Shown piece after piece: positions 17,590 through 25,684 of a DNA stretch of 32,000 bases. Both the position numbers and the translations under genes were made by a program. Source of the DNA: an uncultured Gammaproteobacteria bacterium (GTDB taxonomy: Bacteria > Patescibacteriota > Microgenomatia > Daviesbacterales > UBA10151); the NCBI GenBank assembly GCA_964522265.1, contig CAZFVS010000001.1, positions 34,410 through 66,409 on the forward strand, in the 5' to 3' direction. The first letter of the stretch is position 1. Each line of letters opens with the position of its first letter. The notes under the pieces are model-generated. The model searched no databases, was not told the DNA's origin, and saw only the letters and a program-made list of their open reading frames with translations.

Positions 17590-18334
17590 AATATGAGACC
17601 CTTGATGTAAATTTATGCCTTTTTAATTTAATATTATTTAGCCCAAAAACCTCACTTAAGGCAATAGTTTCTCCGGGGCTATCTGCGTCATTTAGCTCGT
17701 CGAATGCAAGCAAGCTTCCTTTAATAAGGTGAGGCTTTATAGCTTCGAGGCATTTTTTAGTAGGCTTATACAGGTCAAAATCGAAATAAGCCAGTGAAAT
17801 TATTGTTTCAGGATATTTTTTTAAGTATTTAATTATTTCTATTGTTGCATCTCCAGCTATTAATTCATATTTTTTGATGTGAGAAAGAGGATTTTCCTGT
17901 TCATGGTAATCCATGATTTTTTCAAGATAATTCTGATAATTTTTTGTTAGAGCCAACCCTCTTTTTACCATCATTTTTGATGTACCATCCTTGGAACTGA
18001 TTTGGGGAAATCCTTTAAAAGTGTCAAACCCGACAATTTTTCTGTGTCTGTTAAATGGGTCATAGATTCCTCGTAGAGCCGAAAATAGAGCCAAATTTTG
18101 TCCCCACCTGGTTCCAAACTCAAAAACAACTCCTGGAATATCAACAATTTTTTGAAAGATGTGGTCCATAAATAAAATCCTGGACAAATTTTTAGAATTT
18201 AGGAAAAGCCCTAAATTAGATAAAATCTGTTCATCGGGAATGGGACAGTTTTTTAAATAACCAATAATCTCTTCCCGTATTTTTTTCTCTGTAGCACTCT
18301 CGTAAGTTAAAATTTTTTGAAGATCTTTTTTCAT
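17576..18334 (-). CDS. TylF/macrocin-type SAM-dependent O-methyltransferase
   Basis: PGVVFEFGTRWGQNL...IVGFDTFKGFP and LAYFDFDLYKPTKKCLE...GSLLAFDE match the TylF-family pattern (GxxxExGxxxG, DxFxGxP, DxDxYxxT). The start is taken at the ATG at 18334, just after the upstream stop. Confidence 0.75.
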   Translation of the reverse strand: MKKDLQKILTYESATEKKIREEIIGYLKNCPIPDEQILSNLGLFLNSKNLSRILFMDHIFQKIVDIPGVVFEFGTRWGQNLALFSALRGIYDPFNRHRKIVGFDTFKGFPQISSKDGTSKMMVKRGLALTKNYQNYLEKIMDYHEQENPLSHIKKYELIAGDATIEIIKYLKKYPETIISLAYFDFDLYKPTKKCLEAIKPHLIKGSLLAFDELNDADSPGETIALSEVFGLNNIKLKRHKFTSRVSYFVYD

Positions 18335-18335
18335 T

Positions 18336-19433
18336 TTATTCAACAATTGCTGAAATGGGTTTTTTGCCTTTGTGTGCAATTACCCAGGCCCAGTACCTGA
18401 TACGTCCTCCTACAAGGTCGTATTTGTATTTTCCGCTTTCAGATTTTTGCAATTTGACAGGTTTTAAAAAATCCCCTTTGTATACTTCTTCAGATAGCAT
18501 GAGGGGTGAAGGGAAAAAATTCAATTTATTGGATAAGGCCTGTTGTAGTGTCTGATAGGCCTTGTGGTTTCCACTAGTTAAAACATTGATATCCTGTACG
18601 GGTACATAAATAATGTTTTGCTTGAAAACATTGTTTAACATAAATTTATCGCTTGCTGATAATTTAAAATACAGACTGCCGAAGTTTTCTTTGACATGGC
18701 CGATGTTAGTAGTACCAGGTATGGCAATGACATTTTTATGTGAAACGATCCAGTTTAGTATAATCTGGCTTGCTGTGACGGAATATTTTTTTGATAATGA
18801 ATTTAATTTTTCCAGATATTGAGGATTCTTCAAAATGGCGCCCGCGTTTAAAGGGCTGTAGGAAATTAAGGTGATATTATTTTTTTGGCAATATGGCAAA
18901 ATGAAATCTTCTACAGTTCTGTCCAATAGGTTATACTCTGTTTGTAATGATACAAGAGGGGCAAATTTTAATACCCCCCTCACTATTTTTAACTGCCTTA
19001 GCGAAAAATTGCTGATTCCGACATATCTGATTTTACCAATCTTGACTAGCTTTTCCATGGCAGCAACTGTTTCTTCTATATCGGTATTAGGATTTGGCCA
19101 GTGTATCTGGTATAGGTCAATATAGTCAGTCTGAAGCCTTCTTAGACTTTCTTCACATGAGCGGATAACATCTTTATACGAGTTATGTTGCGGAGAAAAT
19201 TTTGTAGCGATAAATATTTTTTTTCTGATCTTTTTTAAAGCAGTTCCGATTAAGACTTCGGCATGACCGTCAAAATACACTTCAGCAGTGTCTATTAATT
19301 TAAGACCCAGGTTTACTGATCCACGGATAAGTGATATTAATTTTTTATCGCGGTATTTATTCTGAGACTCGAAACCGGTTCCGGTACCGAGGCCTATTTT
19401 AGGGATTTTTGAAAAGGGATTTTTGAGTGACAT
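18336..19433 (-). CDS. Aldo/keto reductase with a ~100-aa C-terminal ParB/Srx-like extension
   Basis: 365 aa. The AKR core runs IGLGTGTG, IDTAEVY, GHAE, DYIDLYQIHWP, VGISNF through about residue 262. The tail IIYVPVQDINV...GDFLKPVKLQKSESGKYKYDLVGGRIRYWAWVIAHKGKKPISAIV resembles the ParB N-terminal domain pattern (G.L.P..V....G.YELVAGERRYRAA). Confidence 0.8.
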   Translation of the reverse strand: MSLKNPFSKIPKIGLGTGTGFESQNKYRDKKLISLIRGSVNLGLKLIDTAEVYFDGHAEVLIGTALKKIRKKIFIATKFSPQHNSYKDVIRSCEESLRRLQTDYIDLYQIHWPNPNTDIEETVAAMEKLVKIGKIRYVGISNFSLRQLKIVRGVLKFAPLVSLQTEYNLLDRTVEDFILPYCQKNNITLISYSPLNAGAILKNPQYLEKLNSLSKKYSVTASQIILNWIVSHKNVIAIPGTTNIGHVKENFGSLYFKLSASDKFMLNNVFKQNIIYVPVQDINVLTSGNHKAYQTLQQALSNKLNFFPSPLMLSEEVYKGDFLKPVKLQKSESGKYKYDLVGGRIRYWAWVIAHKGKKPISAIVE

Positions 19434-19438
19434 CGGAT

Positions 19439-19864
19439 TTATTTAGGATCTATATTCCAACCTTTTAAATCATCGGTTTCAATATTGGTACGTTTTAAAC
19501 TCGGTTCTTTGTCGCCGAACTCTTCGAGTAATAAATTTTTCATCCTGTTTCTGATTCCATTAAGTTGGTGAGCCATTTTCAGCAGCTTATCATATTGATC
19601 AGGTTTTTCTTGCAGCTGATCTTTATTGTTCCAAATATAAACATTGATTTGTGCGATTGTAGTAACCAGTCTAATAATTTTAGCTGTTATTTTTGGATTC
19701 TTCTTTTCTTCTAAAATAAACTCGATATCATGGGAGATTTTCCCTAATTCTTTTGAATAACTGTCTTTATTTTTTGATAATTTAATCTCTTTGATCTGGT
19801 CAATAGTCAGTGCGTCTATCAGATCGGCTAAAGTCGGAAGAAATTGTCTTGTTTTATGGCTCAT
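19439..19864 (-). CDS. Hypothetical 141-aa protein, predicted mostly helical, no recognisable family
   Basis: The ORF fills the gap exactly between two genes. It has an ATGA overlap with the upstream SDR gene (19861-19864). Its composition matches its neighbours. No motif was recognised. Confidence 0.6.
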   Translation of the reverse strand: MSHKTRQFLPTLADLIDALTIDQIKEIKLSKNKDSYSKELGKISHDIEFILEEKKNPKITAKIIRLVTTIAQINVYIWNNKDQLQEKPDQYDKLLKMAHQLNGIRNRMKNLLLEEFGDKEPSLKRTNIETDDLKGWNIDPK

Positions 19865-20844
19865 CTTTTAAATTTTTGATAATCACTTACATACCAATTA
19901 ATAGTTTTTAAAATTGCCTGTTCTAAACTGTGCTTAGGCTTAAAGCCCAGAATGTCGGTAGCCCGTTTTACAGAAAGAAGCCTAATTGGGTCTCCGGTTG
20001 GTTTGGTGGTGTCCCAATCAATTTTTTGTTTTTGGGGGACATTTCGGGCAATTGTTTGAGCTATTTTTTTGATGATGTATTTTTTGCCGGTTCCCAGGTT
20101 TATTGGCAAGCAAGTTGGGGCTTTTTCTAATGCAAGAATCATCCCGTCTGCTGCGTCATCAACAAAAATAAAATCCCTGATAGCGCTTCCGTCTCCCCAG
20201 ATTTTGACCGGGTTTTCTCCGTTTATCATTCTGGCAATTAACGCTGGAATAACCTGAGCAGTTTTTGGATTAAAATCATCAAAAGGACCAAAGACGTTAG
20301 AGGGTCTGACAATCTTTACAGCATCCCAGCCGTATTCCTTAAGATAAGTTTCACCCTGCAACTCGCCGACCCTTTTGGCAATGCCGGGAATCCTGTCATT
20401 TTGTTTAGGCATACCATCCCAGACTGTTTCTTCTTCTTTGGGTTTATTTGACTGTGGATAAGCGCAGATGCTGGAAACAAACAAAAACTTTTGAACATTA
20501 TTTTTAAAGCTTGCATCCATCAGATTTGTCTGAAACCTTAGCATTGGTACGAAATAACTTGCAACTTTTGTTTCATCTATACCTACAGATCCTTTAATTC
20601 CAACCAGATTAAAAACATAATCTTTGCCTTTGGTAACTTTTAGGCAGTTATTTAAGTCAGTTAGATCTTTATGGATAAATTCAACCTGTTTTTGGAAAAC
20701 TTCATCAACAAATTTTTTATCATCAAGCGATACTATAATAATTTTTGCACCGATTTTAAGCAGTTTATTGACCAGAGAAATGCCAATCATGCCGGAGCCG
20801 CCTGCCACTAAAATTTTCTTATCTTTATAAAAACTATTGGACAT
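19861..20844 (-). CDS. Fcl-like extended SDR (NAD-dependent epimerase/dehydratase family), paralog C
   Basis: 327 aa. Has LVAGGSGMIG, FVSSICAYP, NVFGPFDDFNP and IWGDGSAIRDF. Confidence 0.85.
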   Translation of the reverse strand: MSNSFYKDKKILVAGGSGMIGISLVNKLLKIGAKIIIVSLDDKKFVDEVFQKQVEFIHKDLTDLNNCLKVTKGKDYVFNLVGIKGSVGIDETKVASYFVPMLRFQTNLMDASFKNNVQKFLFVSSICAYPQSNKPKEEETVWDGMPKQNDRIPGIAKRVGELQGETYLKEYGWDAVKIVRPSNVFGPFDDFNPKTAQVIPALIARMINGENPVKIWGDGSAIRDFIFVDDAADGMILALEKAPTCLPINLGTGKKYIIKKIAQTIARNVPQKQKIDWDTTKPTGDPIRLLSVKRATDILGFKPKHSLEQAILKTINWYVSDYQKFKR

Positions 20845-21808
20845 TATTTTTTTTGTTGTTAGTCCATCGCCTTATATTTTTTATCAAGGTCTGATTGTTG
20901 AGTCTTAGCGATGAAAGCATATAATCTCTATCGCCATATGTAAAGCAATGACCATCGGAGAACCCAAATCTTAAAAACTTTACAGGTAGATTATGGTCAG
21001 TTAAGAAATCACTGATGATTGTTCCAACACCACTGTAAGATAAATGTTCATCAAGCGTTATAACAAAAGGGTATCTTTTTATCAAAGAATACAGCAGCTT
21101 TTCGTTTAAAGGTTTTAACCGATAAACATCAATAACACCAAGTTTTAAGTTGTTAGTTTCTAAAGCCTTAGTAATTTCAATTGCTTTATGTACAAATACA
21201 CCTGTTGTAACAATTACTCCATCATTGCCTTTTTGAACTTCCTTTAGTCCGTCCAAAAAATTATCTTTTTTGTCATAAAGCTCAGGATAGTTGCCTTTAT
21301 CAAAACGTATATAGGTAAGTCCTGGATATTTATATACTAAATGAGGGAAAACAGATAAACTAATATTATCCGAAGCATTTAAAATCCTCATATGCGGAAT
21401 TGCCCTCATTGCCGCAAGATCTTGGTTGGCATGATGGGTTGGACCGTCACTTCCGTAAGTTAATCCTCCGCCTATTCCTGCAATTACAACAGGCAGGTTC
21501 ATTAAAGACAAATTAACTTTAATCTGTTCCAAACAGCGGATAGTGGCAAAGTTGACAATTGCATGGACAAAAACTTTTTTACCCGAAAGTGCCAGTCCTG
21601 CTGCCACATTGATCATATTTTGTTCCGCAATTCCCGCATTTATAATCTGCGTTGGTATTTCTTTGTAAAATTTTTCAAAAGAACGAACTCCCTGGTCTGC
21701 ATGGAGAAGGATTACATCCTTATCTTTTTTTGCAATAACAAAAAGCTCTTCAAAAAAAGCATCCCTCATATCTGAATATTTTGTATTTGGTGCGGTTATT
21801 TTTTTCAT
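20834..21808 (-). CDS. Transketolase, C-terminal (pyrimidine-binding) subunit of a split transketolase
   Basis: 324 aa. Has NAGIAEQNMINVAAGLALSGK and GPTHHANQDLAAMRAIP. Its start ATG overlaps the stop of the N-subunit gene by 1 nt (TAATG at 21806-21810). Confidence 0.9.
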   Translation of the reverse strand: MKKITAPNTKYSDMRDAFFEELFVIAKKDKDVILLHADQGVRSFEKFYKEIPTQIINAGIAEQNMINVAAGLALSGKKVFVHAIVNFATIRCLEQIKVNLSLMNLPVVIAGIGGGLTYGSDGPTHHANQDLAAMRAIPHMRILNASDNISLSVFPHLVYKYPGLTYIRFDKGNYPELYDKKDNFLDGLKEVQKGNDGVIVTTGVFVHKAIEITKALETNNLKLGVIDVYRLKPLNEKLLYSLIKRYPFVITLDEHLSYSGVGTIISDFLTDHNLPVKFLRFGFSDGHCFTYGDRDYMLSSLRLNNQTLIKNIRRWTNNKKNNVQ

Positions 21809-22623
21809 TAAAGCCCCAGTTCTTTTTCTGCTTTTATTTTCTGATCAGGGTTTGGAACACCGTGGTGCCAATGGGGGTTGTTTTCCATGAATGATACTCC
21901 TTTCCCCTTGATTGTGTTTGCGATGATTGCCAGCGGTTTGATTCTTTTTTTTTGCTTTGCTTTTTTGATTGCGTTTATGATCTGCTTAAAATTATGCCCA
22001 TCTATGTTAACTGTTTCCCAGCCAAAAGCTGCCCATCTGCCTTCCATTGGTGAGTTGCCTGCAAAATCTTTCGTATTTGTTGTTGCGGCAATGGAATTAT
22101 TATCTACGAAGACCGTTAAATTATTCAATTTTTGTGAGGATGCAAAGTTGGCAGCTTCCCAGACAGACCCTTCAGCGCATTCGCCGTCTCCTAAAATAAC
22201 AAAAGTGATAAAATTTTTTCTGTCCAGTTTGGCACCCAAAGCAAGTCCTGCACCAATACCCAACCCGTGGCCCAGAGATCCTGAGGATATTTCGATCCCC
22301 GGTATAAAATGGTCAGGGTGTCCGCCCAAGATTGAGCCATTTTGCCCGTATGTGTTTAATACCTCTTTTTTGAAAAAACCAGCATCTGCAAGTACTGCAT
22401 AAAGTGCCAGACAGGCATGACCTTTGCTGAGTATGATCCGGTCGCGGTTAGGGTCATTTTGGTTTTTAGCAGATATTTTTAGAAGTTTTGAAAAATAAAG
22501 AGATACTAAAATCTCGGTAACTGAAAAAGCTCCTCCAAGATGTCCTTTCCCTGCCTGGGATTGCATCCTGAAAGCTTGTTGTCTGACCCATTCCGCTTTT
22601 TGTACCAGCTTCTCATTCATCAA
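21808..22623 (-). CDS. Transketolase, N-terminal (ThDP-binding) subunit of a split transketolase
   Basis: 271 aa. Has GHLGGAFS, LSKGHA, and the ThDP motif LGDGECAEGSVWEA...NN. Confidence 0.9.
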   Translation of the reverse strand: MMNEKLVQKAEWVRQQAFRMQSQAGKGHLGGAFSVTEILVSLYFSKLLKISAKNQNDPNRDRIILSKGHACLALYAVLADAGFFKKEVLNTYGQNGSILGGHPDHFIPGIEISSGSLGHGLGIGAGLALGAKLDRKNFITFVILGDGECAEGSVWEAANFASSQKLNNLTVFVDNNSIAATTNTKDFAGNSPMEGRWAAFGWETVNIDGHNFKQIINAIKKAKQKKRIKPLAIIANTIKGKGVSFMENNPHWHHGVPNPDQKIKAEKELGL

Positions 22624-23693
22624 AAAGGTCCTTTAAATTTATTTTCATAACTGTAGAACTGCTCGTTGCTTAAATCTGTTGGTTGGAAAAGCTTTTCTTC
22701 AATCGCCCTGATGATTGTTACTGCATTAGGATAAAACTCATTTTCTAAGGGTCTGGTGCAGGGGCAGGGTGTGGGTGCAAAACCGATTCTTTTAACCGCT
22801 GATTTTAGGATTTTATAGCATTGATCATAAACCCGGGTAGCCACTTCAGCGCTAAAACCGCAATTTATCCAGTCGTAGTCCGCAATAATAAGATGCCCTG
22901 TTTTTTTAACTGAGTTGATGATTATCCCCTCATCCAGAGGGGAAATTGTCCTGGGGTCAATTACCTCTACCGATACCCCTCTTCTTTCAAGTATCTCTGC
23001 AGCCTTGAGTGCCTCCACATTCATATAGGATGTGGCAACAATTGTTACATCTTTCCCCTCATGTAAAATTTTGCCCTGGCCCATGGGTAGGGGATCTGGG
23101 TTTTCATCAACCTCTCCCATGACATCATAGAGCATCCTGTGTTCCAAAAAAACCACAGGATTATTATCTCTGATTGCAGCTTTCAACAGCCCTTTGGTAT
23201 CTGATGGAGTAGTGGGCATAATAACTTTCAGGCCCGGAATATGGGCAAAAAAAGACTGAAGACTTTTACTATGTTGGTAGGACTGGCCCCAGCCTTTGCC
23301 AATGACAGCTCGGATAACAAGAGGGATTTTATATCTGCCGTTTGAACCGTAACCATAACTTGAGACCATATTTACAAGCTGGTTCATGGCCAAGAGTAAG
23401 AAATCCAACCTAATATGTACATTAACCGGCCGCATCCCGTTTATTGCTGCCCCGAGTCCGAACCCTAAAAGAGCCTCTTCCGATAAGGGAGTTGAAAAAA
23501 TCCTTTCAGGCCCAAATTCCTCCAGGAGTCCCGAAGTTGAGCCGAATATTCTTTTATGGTCAGCGGCATCAATTCCGTATACGAAGACATTTGGATCCAA
23601 CCTCATCTCTTCAGCAAGTGCTTCAGCAATAGCCTGGCGGTAACTGATCAAACGGGTTTTAGAGTTTAAGTTGTTTGTTTTGGTACTTTTCAT
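22620..23693 (-). CDS. 2-oxoacid (pyruvate/acetoin-type) dehydrogenase E1 component, beta subunit-like
   Basis: 357 aa. Has FSTPLSEEALLGFGLGAAINGMRPV and a C-terminal transketolase-C-like domain. ATGA overlaps on both sides. Confidence 0.88.
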   Translation of the reverse strand: MKSTKTNNLNSKTRLISYRQAIAEALAEEMRLDPNVFVYGIDAADHKRIFGSTSGLLEEFGPERIFSTPLSEEALLGFGLGAAINGMRPVNVHIRLDFLLLAMNQLVNMVSSYGYGSNGRYKIPLVIRAVIGKGWGQSYQHSKSLQSFFAHIPGLKVIMPTTPSDTKGLLKAAIRDNNPVVFLEHRMLYDVMGEVDENPDPLPMGQGKILHEGKDVTIVATSYMNVEALKAAEILERRGVSVEVIDPRTISPLDEGIIINSVKKTGHLIIADYDWINCGFSAEVATRVYDQCYKILKSAVKRIGFAPTPCPCTRPLENEFYPNAVTIIRAIEEKLFQPTDLSNEQFYSYENKFKGPF

Positions 23694-24661
23694 TCTTGGT
23701 AAACATTATTGTATAGATCTTCTTTTTGGGGAAACGGGGTTTTTTGGGCAGATTCCAGGCTTTTGTATATTTTTTCCGAAATCTGCGCTTCTAATTCTTG
23801 GATCTGTTTTTCTGTAAACTTAAGACCTAACAGTTTTTTCCTTTGAATTAAGTATGGGTCGATTCTTTTCCATTTTTCAAACTCATCCTTGCTTCTGTAA
23901 CCTGCTTGAAAATCCTCATGTACTCCGACATGTTCAAGATAGCGGTAGTATTTTAACTGTATAAATGCCGGTGTTTTATCTTTTTCAATTTTAGCAATGG
24001 CATTTAGTGTCAGGTTATAAATTACTTCCGGGTCAGTTGTATTTTCTTCAAAAAAATTGATTTTATATTGGGATATAATTTTTGTTAAAGAATCATAGCC
24101 GCGCCTTAAATGAGTAGCTGTGTGGACTGCCAAACCATTATCCTCGCAAATGAACAGGACAGGAAGCTTCATCAGGCAGGCTATGTTGAGGCTTTCCCAA
24201 AACACGCCTTCATCTGTTGCCCCATCCCCGAAAAAAACAGCAACAACTTTGCCGTTTTTTTTCTGTTTATTGACAAACGCAGCCCCTAGAGCAAGCGGGA
24301 TTGTGCTTGCCACAATTGCAGATACACCCAGGAGGTTATGTTCTGGCGAAATCAGGTGCATTGATCCGCCCTTACCTTTGACAACACCAGTAGTCTTACC
24401 GTACATTTCCCCAAAAAACCCTTCCACATCACCTGTTTTTGCAAGATACAACCCATGGCTTCTGTAAGTTCCGAAAGCTTGGTGGTTTGTACCAAGGGCA
24501 AGGCAGCAACCTGCAGAAATTGCCTCAGAACCCATTGACATGTGCATTGGTGTTTTCATCTCATCAGATTCATAATTTTCAATAATAAGCTCTTCACTCC
24601 GTCGTATCAGGTAAACAGTTTTATATAAATTAAGATTTAAATTCTTCCTATCAGATGGCAT
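23690..24661 (-). CDS. 2-oxoacid (pyruvate/acetoin-type) dehydrogenase E1 component, alpha subunit-like (ThDP-binding)
   Basis: Has MHMSMGSEA, the ThDP motif FFGDGATDEG...EDN, and YRYLEH. The start is taken at the internal ATG at 24661 (MPSDRKNL), because the longer ORF runs 62 nt into the upstream gene. Confidence 0.88.
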   Translation of the reverse strand: MPSDRKNLNLNLYKTVYLIRRSEELIIENYESDEMKTPMHMSMGSEAISAGCCLALGTNHQAFGTYRSHGLYLAKTGDVEGFFGEMYGKTTGVVKGKGGSMHLISPEHNLLGVSAIVASTIPLALGAAFVNKQKKNGKVVAVFFGDGATDEGVFWESLNIACLMKLPVLFICEDNGLAVHTATHLRRGYDSLTKIISQYKINFFEENTTDPEVIYNLTLNAIAKIEKDKTPAFIQLKYYRYLEHVGVHEDFQAGYRSKDEFEKWKRIDPYLIQRKKLLGLKFTEKQIQELEAQISEKIYKSLESAQKTPFPQKEDLYNNVYQE

Positions 24662-25640
24662 TTTTGTAGTAATCCCTCCAATAGTTAAGCATGTCCAAAA
24701 GCGTGTCATCAAACTTATAAAGCGGTTTCCAGCCAGTAGCTTTTATGAATTTATCAACGGAGGGGATTTGCAATGTTACATCTGAAGGCCTCAGTCTTTT
24801 GGGATCATCTTTTATCCCGACACCCTTTTTGGTGGAGAATGAGATAAGTTTATTTAACATCTCCCCTACAGTCATGGTTTCAACTCCGCCGATATTGTAA
24901 ACTTCTCCGTCCTTGCACTTGTTTACCAGAAGCCAATAAGCCCTAACAGCATCCCGCACATCCATAAAAGTACGTATGCTATTTAAATTGCCTACCATCA
25001 CTGTAGGTTTTTGTTTCCCTACCTCTATAGCTGCTATCTGTTTTGCAAAATTGGAAGGTGCAAAAACCTCGCCGCGTCTTGGACCTTCATGGGTGAACAT
25101 CCTTGTCCTGATTGTTTTTAAACCCCATGATAAAAAATATTGATATGCAATCATATCCTCACCAACTTTTGATACCGCATAAGGGGAGGCAGGCCGCAAC
25201 GGGTTTGTTTCTTTAATAGGTATCTCATTTTTTGTCACCTGACCATAAACTTCCGAAGAACTACAAATATGAATAATGGGGTCATAACCGGATTTACGTT
25301 TATTTTGTAAAATAGCCTCCAATAAATTACATGTTCCAATAGTATTTATTTCAAGTGTTGATGAAGGGGCAAGAAAACTGAAGTCAACATAAGATTGGGC
25401 TGCCAGATGAAATATGACGTCGGGTTTTTCCTCACTTATAGTTTTGTTTAAAGAATGGGAATCTAAAAGGTCGCCGTGGATCAGTTTTATTTTATGCAAT
25501 ACATGAGAGATGTTATTCTTTGGGGATCGCCACCTGACCAATCCTGAAATTTTTACTTTAGGGTGATTCTCTAAAATATAATCGACAAGATGACTACCGA
25601 CAAAACCGGTGATGCCGGTGATTAACGCCTTTTTATACAT
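24651..25640 (-). CDS. gmd: GDP-mannose 4,6-dehydratase family NDP-sugar 4,6-dehydratase
   Basis: 329 aa. Has ALITGITGFVGSHL, HLAAQSYVDFSF, a catalytic YAVSK, and FTHEGPRRGEVF (compare NHESPRRG of Gmd). The true sugar substrate (mannose or heptose) is not readable from the sequence. Confidence 0.8.
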   Translation of the reverse strand: MYKKALITGITGFVGSHLVDYILENHPKVKISGLVRWRSPKNNISHVLHKIKLIHGDLLDSHSLNKTISEEKPDVIFHLAAQSYVDFSFLAPSSTLEINTIGTCNLLEAILQNKRKSGYDPIIHICSSSEVYGQVTKNEIPIKETNPLRPASPYAVSKVGEDMIAYQYFLSWGLKTIRTRMFTHEGPRRGEVFAPSNFAKQIAAIEVGKQKPTVMVGNLNSIRTFMDVRDAVRAYWLLVNKCKDGEVYNIGGVETMTVGEMLNKLISFSTKKGVGIKDDPKRLRPSDVTLQIPSVDKFIKATGWKPLYKFDDTLLDMLNYWRDYYKNAI

Positions 25641-25684
25641 TCGGGACTATTTTGATAGCAGTTTAATTTTTCTGATCCGTTTTG

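Noticed and set aside
21878-22402. 174-aa plus-strand ORF, with similar plus-strand ORFs at 24120-24467, 3404-3727, 12994-13323 and 27496-27792
   Set aside because: All lie antisense to minus-strand genes that carry strong family motifs. Their translations are low-complexity (Ser/Pro/Phe/Leu-rich) with no recognisable domains. They are typical shadow ORFs.
24662-24712. Long-ORF N-terminal extensions running into upstream genes (also 16604-16654 and 18335-18379)
   Set aside because: Internal ATGs give ATGA or near-abutting junctions, like the rest of the operon. The extensions have no family similarity.
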